A DNA stretch of 64,000 nt from Raillietiella orientalis (lineage: Eukaryota): the NCBI GenBank assembly GCA_036172245.1, contig JAYWIR010000028.1:2046001-2110000 (forward strand), written 5' to 3'. The translations under genes were made by a program, and so were the position numbers. The number at the start of each line of letters is the position of its first letter. Positions within the stretch are counted from its first letter, which is position 1. The notes under the pieces are model-generated. The model was given only the letters and a program-made list of their open reading frames with translations. It did not search any database and was not told the origin of the DNA. Shown in pieces: positions 21,697-33,975 of the stretch.

Positions 21697-24600
21697 GGGC
21701 GCCGGCGAATCCGCTTCGTTGGACAACAGGAGTACTTCCGCCGTTGGCGTTTTTGACTCTCCCGTGTTATGTACCGTACCGCATGTCATGTGTTGGGTGG
21801 TTTGCTTGGATTGCTTGCTTTCATTCAGGGGTTTTCGCACTTTGTAAGGACCACACGGGAAAGTCAAGGTCCGACAGCTTTGTCCACATTCTCTCAGAGG
21901 CAGATCTGAATTCTTGAAACAGGATTAGCAGACCTCTTTCTTGATTTCAGGTATAGTCCGCCGGGATCGAGCGATGCTCGCGTGGATGCTTTGAAAGAAC
22001 AGATTCTGCTGTGCCCATTTCAGACGATCATTTGGAGAAACATCGCCGTGCAACCCCCGAAGTAGCCGACAGAATCACTTCAACTCGCTGCGCAAATGAG
22101 AAGGGATGTCTTGCATAAATGAGTGGCTCAAAGAGAAACCGTGGAAACACCCTCGACGCAAAATTCGGAGTTTCTGAAGGAGTGAGAAAGGAGAGAAATG
22201 ATGCTGTTCCACGGTATCACTCGCGATGATCCTTGACGTGATTCATTGGCGAAGGAAGTCTTGATCTTCAAGTAAAATTCGTCATTCCAAGCCTTCGTTG
22301 AAACTACTTACTCAAGTACTCATGTGGGAAAAACCAGAAATGCTTCAACATACCTACTGATTTGCATTGCACGACTGACATCCATTAATTCACATCTGTA
22401 TTGAAGGTGACTTCCAAACAACATCTAGACCTAGTTTGGATGGGGGAGGGAACGGAGACCGAGAACGCGTAACCAGATAAACATATTGAAAGTGGAAGGA
22501 ATAGCTTGCTTATTTCTCAGCTGATTTGAGTTGTCATGCTCACGATCCCCCTCCCTCCCCCCCCCTGAAAAAAAAAAAAAAAAAAAAAAAATGTGCTCAT
22601 AACCTATTTCGATTGCAGTGCACTTTACTGAATTATGGACGCTTGCTTTATGCTTAAATTGAATGAGAACCCAACGAGTTTCTGTTACGTCGAGCGCTTA
22701 AATTGTGGGGAAAAAAGGATGGAGAGCTTGAAAATGTGCATTCTTACACATATTCTTTCGCACTGATAGTGATTCTATAGTGACGTAGAAAATTTTGGGA
22801 TACGGGAAAAATTCGAGGTTCACTATCGAAGCCTGAGGTTCCAATTTGTTCTCAAAGCGTGGTCAATCCAAGTTAAACTCCGAGAGTGGTACATCTGAGA
22901 GTAGACGATCAGAGACCTGCTCCATTGACTGAAGAAAAACCGCTCCTGGGGAAAACTGTGTTTCGGGAAAGGATTGCGCGTTTCCAAGGCAACGATGGGA
23001 AAGACTCCTCCTCGGAAGAGTCCCCATCGTTTCTCCAACAGGGAAACTAAGTCTGTAAAGTAGTTCCTTAGAACTTTGAATCTCTTTATAGATTCAATGC
23101 AGCTCCCTTTGATTTATCAAACACCTCGCGCTTTGGAATAAAGTTCCCTTTTGTATTCATCTTGCACTTGGAAGGAGTTGATGTCATTTGTATAGGTTCG
23201 TGAAGGTCAGAAACCCATCTGTTTTTTTTCTTTTCTCCTGTCAGCTTCTGTTGAGGAATAAAGTCATCAATAAAATTTTTTGCATCTATTGTAGACTGTC
23301 CTCTGGTTGTTCTCTTACATAACCCTACGTGGAATGCACGTATAGTTTTTTTTTTCTTTTCTCCGCCATTTCAGGCCTTTGTTTGCAGAGCAGCCATCAT
23401 CTACACGAAATGTTTTACACTTTGCCTGTTTCCAATTGGAAAGCACACAGGAAGTTTTCTTGAATCCTTTCAAGATAGCTCATTACTCAGCAACTAGAGG
23501 AACCGCATGATTTGAGGCGACCGTTCATTCATTCGAATGCATGGCAGAATAATTACGAATTTACGACTCATTTGGTGCTTGATGCTGACTCAGATTGGGT
23601 CAGTTCTAATTTCATTGGTGTCATTCAAATTGCAGATTGGTTTTGTTGAAGAGAAAACGGAGTTTATGATTTTCAAGGAATACACAAAGCTTTCAAGAGG
23701 TACCTTTGTTTATTATTCCTCGAGGTATGTGATCCAACGAAAGACTGAATCGACAAACGCTTTTTTCGTTCCTTCATGGGAATATGTTGTTTAACAAGGA
23801 TGCTTTCAAGAAGGACTCTGAATGAAGAACAGAATGAAATTGTGCATCCTGATATTCTCTTGTCTTTTGGAAAGGTTTAATTGACCTTTCTTTTTTTTTA
23901 TTGTCATTCGCATCGGGGATCATTTCACTTCATTTCAAACGATGCACGGGGCACAGTGCAACAGCCCCTCAATCTAAATTTTGATACTGTCTATTCCTCA
24001 GCTCCAGCCTAAATTTTCTATCCGATTCCACCATTATTTCTGGAAGAATGGCAATAATAGAGAACAAGGAAGGGTTGATTCTGGAACTCTTGCTTGCGAG
24101 GTGCTCTCGGATTGCTATCAATTCTAGAGATTTCGAAAACACCCTGCTTTATCCTGCTTAGAGATTTGAAATGAGACAAAAAAAAAAAAAAAAAACGGAA
24201 AGTAAGGCTTTTAGATACAAAGCTAGTTCGACACGTCACTATAAGTCGAGCCGTGTAATGGGTCGACGGTACTGACCGTTCAAGATGAGAAATTCCCAAT
24301 GAAACACTGTCGTACACAAAAATTCGTTTCAAACAGTATAATCAAAACGGCTCCCAGCCAAGATTCAAGATGAAAATTCCACTTGAGGTGAAAAAAAAGA
24401 AAAGAAAAAAAAAACTCCCTTGACTGCACATGGTATTTTTTTTGTGGACGAGTGGGAGAGGTGGAAGAAGAAGATGTCCTCCCTGGAGTTCGATGCAAAT
24501 AAATCTCCAATGCTGCTTTTCCCCACTTACCAAAGTCGATTACCATGACGTCTCATTTCCAAGAGCCGCAAGAAATAACTCTTTCCGCGACTCCAGCAAA

Positions 24601-25876
24601 ATAAAAGCCAATGCAGTTTTTGGCATCACATAAGATCGCCTGCACTTTTTCTCTTCATTTCTCTTGCTTCCTGCTGGACAGCCTCACAGCCATCTCCATC
24701 TTCAGCTCGCGGATCCATTCGTCTGTCCATTACTCAGAAAAGCGTCTTCTAAACAAGCGAGAGGGTCCAAGGAGATATGCTTTTGCTCTTAATTGATTTT
24801 CCTGGATGAACCCTTCCTCCTACTCCGAAGACGGGACATCACAGGGAATTCATATGTTTGCAAAAAAAAAAAAAAAAATATACATATGTTAAAAACCTGC
24901 AGCAAAAAGCTATCCGGTTTAAAGAGCAAACTTCCAATTTTAAGCAAGTCGGTTCCTTATAGTCATGTTTGAGTAATGATGGAAATTCTTCACGAATGTG
25001 ATGATTTCAATTCAGTTTCTGTTCAAAAATTTCATCCTTACCATTTCTCTCCCACCGTCTCTCACTCTCTTTATCTGGGAACGCGAATATCCTTCCTACA
25101 TCTGTCCCGGTTTCGGACAGAGAAATGCTGGGTTCTATCTTTAGGATATCTATTTTTCATACAAGCCAAACGACACTCCACATTAAAAGTCCATCCAAGA
25201 ATTCCATTCACTTCTGCATGGAGAAACACGATACTATCGATTCTCAGTTAATTTTTTTTATAAAGAAAAGAAAAAAAAAGTTGTGTGTGCACCGGCCCTG
25301 CTTCACGAAAGCTCGTGCAAACACACACCAATCGACGCAGAGCCATAAATTGCATTTTTTCTGTGTTCTAAAGATGCAAAAAGTAGTGTCCAATTTTGCG
25401 AATTTACGAGTCCCTTTTCTTACATCGAGGAGATGTCAACGAACCATTTCTGTATTCATTTAAGAGCAGCACTGCTGGCTAAACACCCACAAGAGGGAAA
25501 CGCAAGAGGAAAACAAAGACAACTGCTGCAAAGCCTACGTTTGCGAGATGCTCCATTTCTGATGGTCAGTTCGAGTGGCCTGGTCATGTTCTCTCCATCC
25601 CGAGATTCGAAGGGAGCGACGGCAATCCAGAGGTCTGCTTGCCGGCTGATGGAGGGGACACGGAGCAAAAAACTAATACGAAGTAAGCGATTAGACCAAT
25701 TCACACGGTTATTATTATTATTATTTTTTCCTCCAAGACTTGGGGAATCCTAGCGTGGGAATGATCGCGGCGAAAGGAAGAATGAACGCACTGTGGAGGC
25801 TGTGGGATTCGGATCGGATTCCGAAACCCTCAAGATAACAAATAAGGAAAGAGACAAAAAAACAAGCCATAGTAAA

Positions 25877-25901
25877 ACACACACACACACACACACACAC
25901 A
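25877..25901. repeat. (AC)n microsatellite
   Basis: Directly visible dinucleotide run. Confidence 0.95.
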
Positions 25902-26244
25902 GGAGACCAACTTCATCCTTCAATGACCTCAATCCAAGCATATTTCAGGAAATTCGAATTTTTTCACGATCAATTTAGAAATTTCACACCGTCCAAAATA
26001 TTGCAGAAATGTGCTCATAACCTATTTCGGTTGCACCGTCTATTTTGATTAAGCCGCAGGCTTCTACCAGCTCATTTGGCAAACGAATCTTCTAAATCAT
26101 GAAATAATTTGGCCTCCATAGCAAGCAAAGGCAGCGGATCCCCAAGCTGATGTGAGGGTGCCGACCGAGCGCACCCATGACCTCATGAGATCACTATGAG
26201 CTAGCTGGTCACTACGACCACGGCGTGGTAGCTCCCCCCCGGTT

Positions 26245-26690
26245 GTGAAGGAGCGGACCCCCATTCCGGGGGGGACCCCTCCGCGTCGTACTGATGGAGT
26301 AGGTGTGTCGCCACCACCCCTCCAGAGAGTGCAGAAAAGCGAGCCGATCCCTCCAGGGATTCTGTGTCCTTCTGAATTTCGGAAGCGTCCCTTCTGGGCT
26401 CTCTTCAGAGGAGTGGCGGATCCCATGCGGGGGATCCCTCCGGAGAAGAATTCCAGGATCGGACCCTTTCCGGGTTCCCTACAGAGAAGAAAGAATGGAG
26501 CGGACTCGTTCGGGGGTGTTCCGGAGAGAATAAGGGAGGAGGATTCCCTTCTGGATTCCCCTTCGGAGACAACCAGGGTGGAGGTGATCTCCATTTCCGG
26601 GATTCCCTCCCCAGGCGTGAGAGGAACGGACTCAGAGTCCTTCTTGGATTCATAGGGCGTAACCCTCCCGGGGTAACCCCTACCTTAAAG
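26245..26690. repeat. Degenerate ~42-bp GC-rich minisatellite block, copy 1 (homologous to 33600-33975)
   Basis: Recurring GAGCGG(A/T)CCC..CGGGG..CCCTCCGGAGAAGAA units spaced about 39-43 bp; shares the end GGATTCATAGGG..CCCTCC.CGGGGT.CCCC with copy 2. Confidence 0.65.
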
Positions 26691-26861
26691 AATTATCCAC
26701 CCTCGGGTGGCGTGTGACCGTGTCGAAGAACTGCGAAGAAAAAAAAGGATTTCCATCATTTTTTTTTGCACGATTTTTGTGTACTTCGAAGAGCGAAAAG
26801 GGAGCCGTCACTGCCAAGTGTCACGTGGATGCCACCTTTCTCCACACTTTCTTTCTCCTTT

Positions 26862-27186
26862 TTTTTTTTTTACTCTTACTCATCTGCACGTTTTCTGCAG
26901 TCCATGCTTCTCGCGACTGCAGACACCGTGGGTTTCTGGATGGTCGGTGCTCCCCACTCCCAGATTTCAGCGGGGGGAGGCACGAACAGCGATTTCATGC
27001 GAATTTTTCCCTTTTCTTTTCTGCAGCGCCACGGCTCACCCACCTCAGGCACGAAAATGTCCCTAAACCCGCGTCTGGTGACATACTAGCAAGGATACGA
27101 GTTCCTTTCTCATCCTTTTTCCCCTCCTCGCAACTGTTCCGATGACAACGTCTCGCCAAGTGCTTCAAAGCTTCCTCTGGTTTCCT
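26862..27186 (+). repeat. ~320-bp near-identical direct repeat, copy 1 (copy 2 at 28932-29258)
   Basis: Long exact matches such as CATGCTTCTCGCGACTGCAGAC..GGGTTTCTGGATGGTCGGTGCTCCCCACTCCCAGATTTCAGCGGGG and CACGAAAATGTCCCTAAACCCGCGTCTGGTGACATACTAGCAAGG. Confidence 0.92.
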
Positions 27187-27629
27187 TGACGCCCCACCCA
27201 GTGCACTCCAGCTCTGTAATGGAGGGGAAATCTTGCGCGCACATGCAATTCCTTGCTTGCTTTGCGCCACACAGTCAAGGTGAGCCTTCCACTTATCGAA
27301 GAGAACATCCACGTGTTCAGATAAGGCGACCCAACTGGGGCGAGGGCATCCTGGACACTTTCCACAAAGGTGCTAATGGACCCGCGTCAAATTCAAAACG
27401 TCTCACGCATAGATACGTTATCCGCTCCGGCAACCCATTCATTAGATGGACTCACGTGGACTTCACCTGCAAACGATGCGCTCATTCGTCACCCAAGAAG
27501 AGCAGCGTGACGATTCCGTGCATACATAAACGGTATCATATAGGACACCGATTAGAATCGTGAAAATTTAACCATTTTTCAAATAATTTGTGAAGATAAT
27601 CGTAATCCATCAACAAAATTTGGAAAGTG

Positions 27630-28620
27630 ACGAAGATCTGAGGTTCCATGATGTTCCGAAAGAACCTTTAACCGTCCGTCCACGAGCAATGCGAAGTGTT
27701 GACCACGTTCCTCCAACCGGGAAGGAAGGGAAAAGTGTACCTGCCGCAGAAAACTCATATGTGCCCAACGCCGAAGGCTCTTATGTTGTGCATGTGCTAA
27801 TGACTTGTAAAATAATTTGTGAAGATAATCGTAATCCATCAACAAAATTTGGAAAGTGACGAAGATCTGAGGTTCCAAGATGTTCCCAAAGAACCTTCAA
27901 CCGCCCACAAGTTACGTTGGAGGAACGTGGGCACATTTCGCATTGCTCGTGGACGGTTGAAGGTTCTTTGGGAACATCTTGGAACCTCAGATCTTCCTCA
28001 TTTAGTACAGATAAAATCAAATTTCGCAGAGAAAGAGACGAATTTTTGCATCGAGACCGGCGTTCCATATGGGGTGTCACAAGTTGGTATCCTAAATTTC
28101 GAGGGGACATTTTTGTGGAAATGACTTTATAATTTGGGTTTCCAAGGCTGCTGGCAGCGAGCGCCACATACAAATTCATCCCAGCCATGTCTAACACTCC
28201 ATGAAAAACTCCCAAAGGCCATCACTTTCACCCGCTGAAAATTCGTCGCCTTGTCCGCTCTCGGCTTCCCAGTTTCCGCCATCTGAATCTCGGTCTTCAT
28301 CATACGAAAACTCTTCCGCATGAGTTTCTCCCCTTTCCTAGCATCCAGCCGACTCTTCCAGTTGCCTTTCGCGTGAAAATTTCCCCATGAGAGGCCATGG
28401 GTACAAATTTTTACATGTAGCGTAAGAGGCGACGTGGTGTGGTGTACGACACAGTAGGGCACGAAAGGAAACACAGACAGCCAACCGATGTGCACGCCGT
28501 CGCGGCACAGAAGGCTCCGTAAGAGGTAGCTGAAACGGCATGCCTGCAACACCTACCATGGCAGAGAGTCTGCACATTTTCGTTCGTGTGTGTCGCATAT
28601 GAAGCCACGTTGCCCTTCTA
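27630..28620 (-). mobile_element. piggyBac-like transposase remnant (C-terminal part), rearranged
   Basis: Minus strand: ASY...NENV..LSAM, ETGKP, WPLGVFHGVLDMAGMNLYV..LGYQLVTPHMERR..LRNLILSVL..CEMCPRS. The cysteine-rich tail (PRSSNR..KCTCRRKLICAQRRRLLCCAC) is on the plus strand at about 27700-27810. Confidence 0.75.
27861..27996. repeat. Perfect 43-bp inverted repeat (27861-27903 / 27954-27996) with a 50-bp spacer
   Basis: GAAGATCTGAGGTTCCAAGATGTTCCCAAAGAACCTTCAACCG and its exact reverse complement. An adjacent tandem duplication spans 27580-27674 and 27810-27903. Confidence 0.93.
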
Positions 28621-28931
28621 GGGTTATGTTTGGCCGCCGAAAAATTTGTGGACCTTATGACACACTCCACAAGTCCACCAATTTATGGAATGCAACCCCC
28701 CTCCCCCCCCAGAAATTTGCAGTGCATAACGCTTTTCGATGCAGACGCGAACAGAACATCCAGAAAGTTCAAATCCCGAGTACGTGTCTCGGGTAAAACA
28801 AGATTCGCAGACTCCGACGGTTTCTGCTACCTGGAACGCTCATGTGCTCTCGTGAAAGACAAGCGAAAGGTGCGAACAGTCAGTGAGCCCTGCGGACCAC
28901 CCTTTACCTTTCCCTGCATTTTCTCTCTCTC

Positions 28932-29258
28932 TTTTTTTTCCGCTCGTACTCATCGTCACGCTTTCTGCAGCTCATGCTTCTCGCGACTGCAGACGCCGTG
29001 GGTTTCTGGATGGTCGGTGCTCCCCACTCCCAGATTTCAGCGGGGGTGGTGGCACGAACGGCGATTTCATGCGAATTTTCCCCTTTTCTTTTTTGCAGCG
29101 CCACGGCTCACCCACCTCAGGCACGAAAATGTCCCTAAACCCGCGTCTGGTGACATACTAGCAAGGGTATACGAGTTCCTTTCTCATCCTTTTTCCCCTC
29201 CTCGTAACTGTTCCGATGACAACGTCTCGCCAAGTGCTTCGAAGCTTCCTCGGGTTCC
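28932..29258 (+). repeat. ~320-bp near-identical direct repeat, copy 2
   Basis: Matches copy 1 at 26862-27186. Confidence 0.92.
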
Positions 29259-29559
29259 AGAGGAAGCTGCACCGCCGGCGCTTCACATCTGCGGGTGGAG
29301 ATCTGGCACCACGAGTGGCACCCGGAACGAACCGACCCGATCGCTGCTCTCGAGTGCCGTCAATCAGTCTTCAGGGTGAGTTCACTTTGGACAGCGAATG
29401 TGATCTTATTCAAGGAATGCCTTGCTCCAGCTGCTTCGAACGAGGGAAAATTTTCCGGCCTCAGTGATCCAGAATAATTTGCAGTGACATTCCCAATATC
29501 ATCTTCGCGCTGCACTGCAGACTCGTGACCTCTTTTCCATTTCAGCATGCCTAAGATAT

Positions 29560-30880
29560 GCTGCTGAATTTTCGGACAGGGAAAACAGCAAGATATATGG
29601 CTAAATAGTGCACCTTTAATATTCAGAGTGCAGAATCGCATGCGGACTTCTGGCATTCAAATCATTCGAAACTGTAGTGCAACATCTATAAAGATGCAAA
29701 ATCTGACTCTGCAAATTTTTCTTCCCGGGAATCCAAAGGTCCACTGTCGGGGAGATATTTGCATCCAACCCCAACACTGCACAAATATTCCTTCATTTCT
29801 TAGTGCTTTACATCCAACTCTCTCCCATTTAGTAAAATCCCCGTTTTCTTGGAATAACAACGCGTAGGCGCCCAGGAAACGTGAATTCGGCACGTGGAAA
29901 GAGCTTCAGAGACAGCAGCCTTATGACGATCCAAGGAAGGAACACGCACGGTGACCTGACCAATGAGCACTCTGGTCATGGTTCCCTGTGGCTTGCCAAA
30001 CGACCCTCTCATCCCTGTTTGCAATCCATAAGCCCCGGAGCATTAAAATATCTTATTATCGCGAATGACATGGAAAGGATGTTACCGCTACATGGAATTG
30101 ATCTTTACCACAGCGTTTGGACAGATTCCTATTGGATACACAGATTCCAGCAGCCTCCGAAGCTTCTGTAGATGAGTGTTCATATTCGTCTGATGCCCTA
30201 TGAACACACGAAGGAAAATCTTCTTCCACATCTGCCTTTTCTCCCCTCCTAGATCAAAGGTGCGTATCTTTGGACGTGGAGCTCCTCTGTAGTATCTTGA
30301 CTATTCCTGCAATATGGATAGCATCTTGCAGGTCCTCCCCCATGGTTCAGACAATTTATTATTGAAAGCAACTTTGGCAATGGCAGACAACACGGCAACC
30401 GGAAGTAAGTGACTGCCCGGAGATGTCGCCGGAGCTCCAGAAAAAAAGAATGTGGTACGAATTTACAAAGATAATTTTCAACCATTGATGGCGAATGGAA
30501 CTCGGTTCTTTCGCTCTTCGATGATGGACTCCCATACGTGCATTTCGGTCCGTTTCCAAAGATGGACTGAAAGCACTGCAACCGGCTCCATTCCAAGAAC
30601 AGGACCGTGTTTTCGTCGAGGTACGCTGACGAACACATAAGTGTCTAATTGTCTGACACATTGCATTTTGAAATTCGTGATGGTGACAGGATCGACAAGT
30701 CGTGCAGATTCAGAGAGATGAATAGCTTGGAAATAGTGCTCCAAGGATTGTGCTGACGAGTAATAAGGACCACAGCAGAATTAACCGACCGAGATGCATG
30801 TGAATATCCATAGAAATCCATAAAGTCAGGTGAGGTTCGTTGAATCCTGTAGAGATGAAAATGGCAGGCAGTGACGCCGA
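29560..30880 (-). mobile_element. Possible highly decayed CxC/KDZ-type transposase remnant
   Basis: Scattered, frameshifted minus-strand peptides in plausible order (DFYGYSH, EHYFQ, RNEGIFVQCWG, IFIDVALQF); weak motif resemblance only. Confidence 0.22.
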
Positions 30881-32389
30881 CCAACCGGTCGCCTTCTCAC
30901 GCTAGAAAGAAGCTGAATTTAGCTGAGTTTAAACCGACCATCATTAACACTGATTCCACCGCGAGTGATTAGTAAAGCAAATAATTCGAATATTGAAAAA
31001 GGGGGCCATTTTTTCATTTTCTTTTGCCCAAGTCGCTTCGGGCGTTTTTTTCATTAGACTTGCCTCAGGGGAGCATTCAAGGTGCAGTGCTGGGTCGGTC
31101 AGGATTTCACTGCAGACTGATGTCTGCATGGAAGATTCCAGAATTGATCGGGAAGGAACATCGGAGCAAAGTGTTCCTTGGAGAGATGGGCACTCCCGTT
31201 CCTCCCGATGCTGAGGTGCAGCGTCGAGAAATCCCTCATCAGTCTCAAATGGCAGTATCGGGAAAGCTTCCCATCTTTGATAAGGTTACTTGGAGTTCCT
31301 ATGCTGCGTTGCTGACGAGGAGTGCTAAATCACGATTTTGAAATTTTGAGGAGGAGCACCAGCGAGAAGAACAGGTGAATAAGTGACTTTGGAATTCGTG
31401 ATGTGTGGAAAAAGACGGAGAAGGGAAAATTCCAACAAAGTGCCGCCGGGACGACACTCTTTTGCCACTTCGAAAGCCACTTTTGCCACCACCTTGCATC
31501 ATCCTCAGGACCGTTCGGGACACGGCGAAGCTTTCCCACCAACAGACACTGGAAATGGTAAAGCGGAAGGTACTGGCTGTCCTCAGCGTGAAAGGTAAAA
31601 GAGTGAGAAGAAGGTAAGGACACCCGTCCTCGACAGAGATTGGGCTGCAGCTTTTTACTGTGCAAATATCGATTTGCGTAAATCAAAAAAAAAAAAAAAA
31701 AAAACGGCTCGAAAACCGAGCTCTTGAGTTCTTTCTTGTTGGCCATGGAATGCTAGTGTTGATCTAGCACTCGCACTTGTAAAGTGAGGTGACACTGTGC
31801 ACGAGCAAGACATCAATGAATGCATTCCATAGGCAGTGTCTAAGGGCTGAAGACAGATGATTGCAATTTTTCCCTTTTGGGGGGAATCGGGACCCTGCAC
31901 ATCTCCCCTTTCGGAGAGATTTCAGAGCGTTTGCCTTATGTGAATTCTAATCTATGAATTCCTTGCTTTCAGTAGATGCACTGACTATTGAGTCCAAATC
32001 GTGCGTAGAATAAGTAAGAGTTTCAATCAGCAGTAGACTGGCACTAGAAGGATTCGCATAGCCAAGTAAGCTCAGTTGTCACCATCTTTTTGTGATGCGA
32101 TGGTGAAATCACACGACGGGATAAATTTCCACATTCATTCTGCTGCGCAGGGCTTGGTGAACGGGATGTTTTGCACGAGCTCCCATCTTCTGGCTTGACT
32201 CCGAATCAGTTTTCAGCTTCTCCCGTTTTCTTTCAGAGGTCGCGAATGAGAGTTGCGACAGCATTGGATGAACTTCCCTCGTCACCAAAACGTTTCCTGA
32301 ATCTTCTGCACGGTGTCGTTCGAGTTTTAAAAGAAATGTTTGTGTACGACAGATTGTTTGTATTCAGCGTACGGACCAAGTTATGGATG

Positions 32390-32590
32390 AAAAAACTTTG
32401 CCATTTCTGTCTCTGTCTTCAAAAGCTAACTCACAAAATAAAACGGATAAACAGAGATCGCACAGAACAACAACGCTGAACAGATGTCAGCCGCAGTGTC
32501 CCAGGATAAACCTGTAAACTACCAGGGAATGCCCATTTTGTCAATGGGTTGACGACGTCACAATCCTTCCCTTATCGGAACGAATTCAAT
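32390..32590 (+). mobile_element. Possible degenerate THAP zinc-finger remnant
   Basis: FCLC..DRTEQQR*..VSR followed, after a frameshift, by NAHFVNGLTTSQSFP, resembling the HF.(D/N)G.PT..P.P THAP tail. Confidence 0.28.
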
Positions 32591-33599
32591 TTTTCGGAAA
32601 CTGCGATTCCGAGCATCTATCCGAGATGGAGCGAAATGCAGGATTTTTAGAGCCTTTGAACTCCATGATCAGCAAGTCGGGGGATCCATCTTGAACTGAA
32701 ATTTCTGAAAACTGCGATTCCGAATATCTCGAAAGGACAGTTTGCTGCTGGTTCTGCTCAGCACTGTGTAGGTTTGCTGCGGCTTTGCTGAGGAAGAACT
32801 GGCGACCTCAGAACTCGAGGGGCGATACGTTCGAAAGGGAAAGCAATCGTTTGAGGCTGGCTCCAAGCAACCCTGCAGTGAGGATTGCAGAAGGCACCGG
32901 GAAACGGGCAGCACCTTGCATGGAAACCGCAACACGATGTGGAGAAAGAACCAAAATAACAAGCGTGCTTTCTCAAAGCCATCCCGGAATCGGTGCGTTT
33001 GGAATCCCCAGAGGCTGGAAAGGACCGAGTCTCACATTTCAAGTGCCAGACTCAAGAGACAGCTCCAAGGCGACTTCCGCCGGTGGCATGCAACGCCAGA
33101 AGAAGAACGGTGGCGCAAGCGAACAATGCGATCCACACGCCATCCTGTTTGATCCAACGGTTCTGCGGATGGGATGCACGACGTTCGTTTTGCCCACGTG
33201 CGTTCGACGCGCCTGCGGAGGAAACGGTGCGATTCCGTGTTCGCTCCTCCGACTCACGAAAATCCACTCCTCAGGGCATCTAGAGAGACGGCACAGGGAA
33301 ATTTCCCTTTCCGGAAATGCAGCTTCCCTCTTCCACGGCCCAGCACGGGCAAAGCAACCCGGGTCGCTCCCAAACGAAACGGACCGTGACCACTTGCCCG
33401 CGTCGGAGGCCACGTGGTCGCTGCCTCCGCAAGCCGTGGCACCAGGCATCGCGGGTTCAAATGCTCGGAAAGAATCGACTCCGAGAGATGGGGGGTGCGT
33501 GGCGGGCTGGCCTGCATTCGGGTGCGACATCGGCAGCGGCTCAAACCGGATGCCCCCGATGAGTGGCCTGGATCCGGGGTCCTCCCAGGAAACAGAATT

Positions 33600-33975
33600 A
33601 AGGAGTCCGGTTCCCTTTGGGGTTCCGGTTGTGCAAAGGAGCCATATCCTCCCCTCCGGGGAGGATCCTCCGTCTCGCATCACGGAGCCGGTGGATTGAT
33701 GATTCCTCTCCAGAGTGCAAAGAAGCGCGCCGCTCCCTTTGGGGAGCGCCCTTCTGAGAAAATTTGGAAGTGTCCCTTCGGGGTTCTCTTCAGAAGAGCA
33801 AACAAGGAGCGGTCCCCTTGCGGGGAGTCTCTCCGGAGAAGAAAAAATGGAGCGGTTCCCTTCGGGGTCCCTCCGAAAAGAATAAGGAAATAGATTTCCT
33901 TCGGGGATCCCTCCCCAGGCGTTAGAGGAACCCTTCCTGGATTCATAGGGTGGTCCCTCCTCGGGGTGCCCCCTG
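33600..33975. repeat. Degenerate ~42-bp GC-rich minisatellite block, copy 2
   Basis: Same unit and same terminal sequence as 26245-26690. Confidence 0.65.

Noticed and set aside
26245..26690. CRISPR array
   Set aside because: Units are degenerate with no identical repeat plus unique spacer structure, there are no cas genes, and the context is eukaryotic.
30249..30300. U2 snRNA-like words (CTAGATCAAAG, GTAGTATCT)
   Set aside because: Short, wrongly spaced, and no U2 stem-loops or Sm site.
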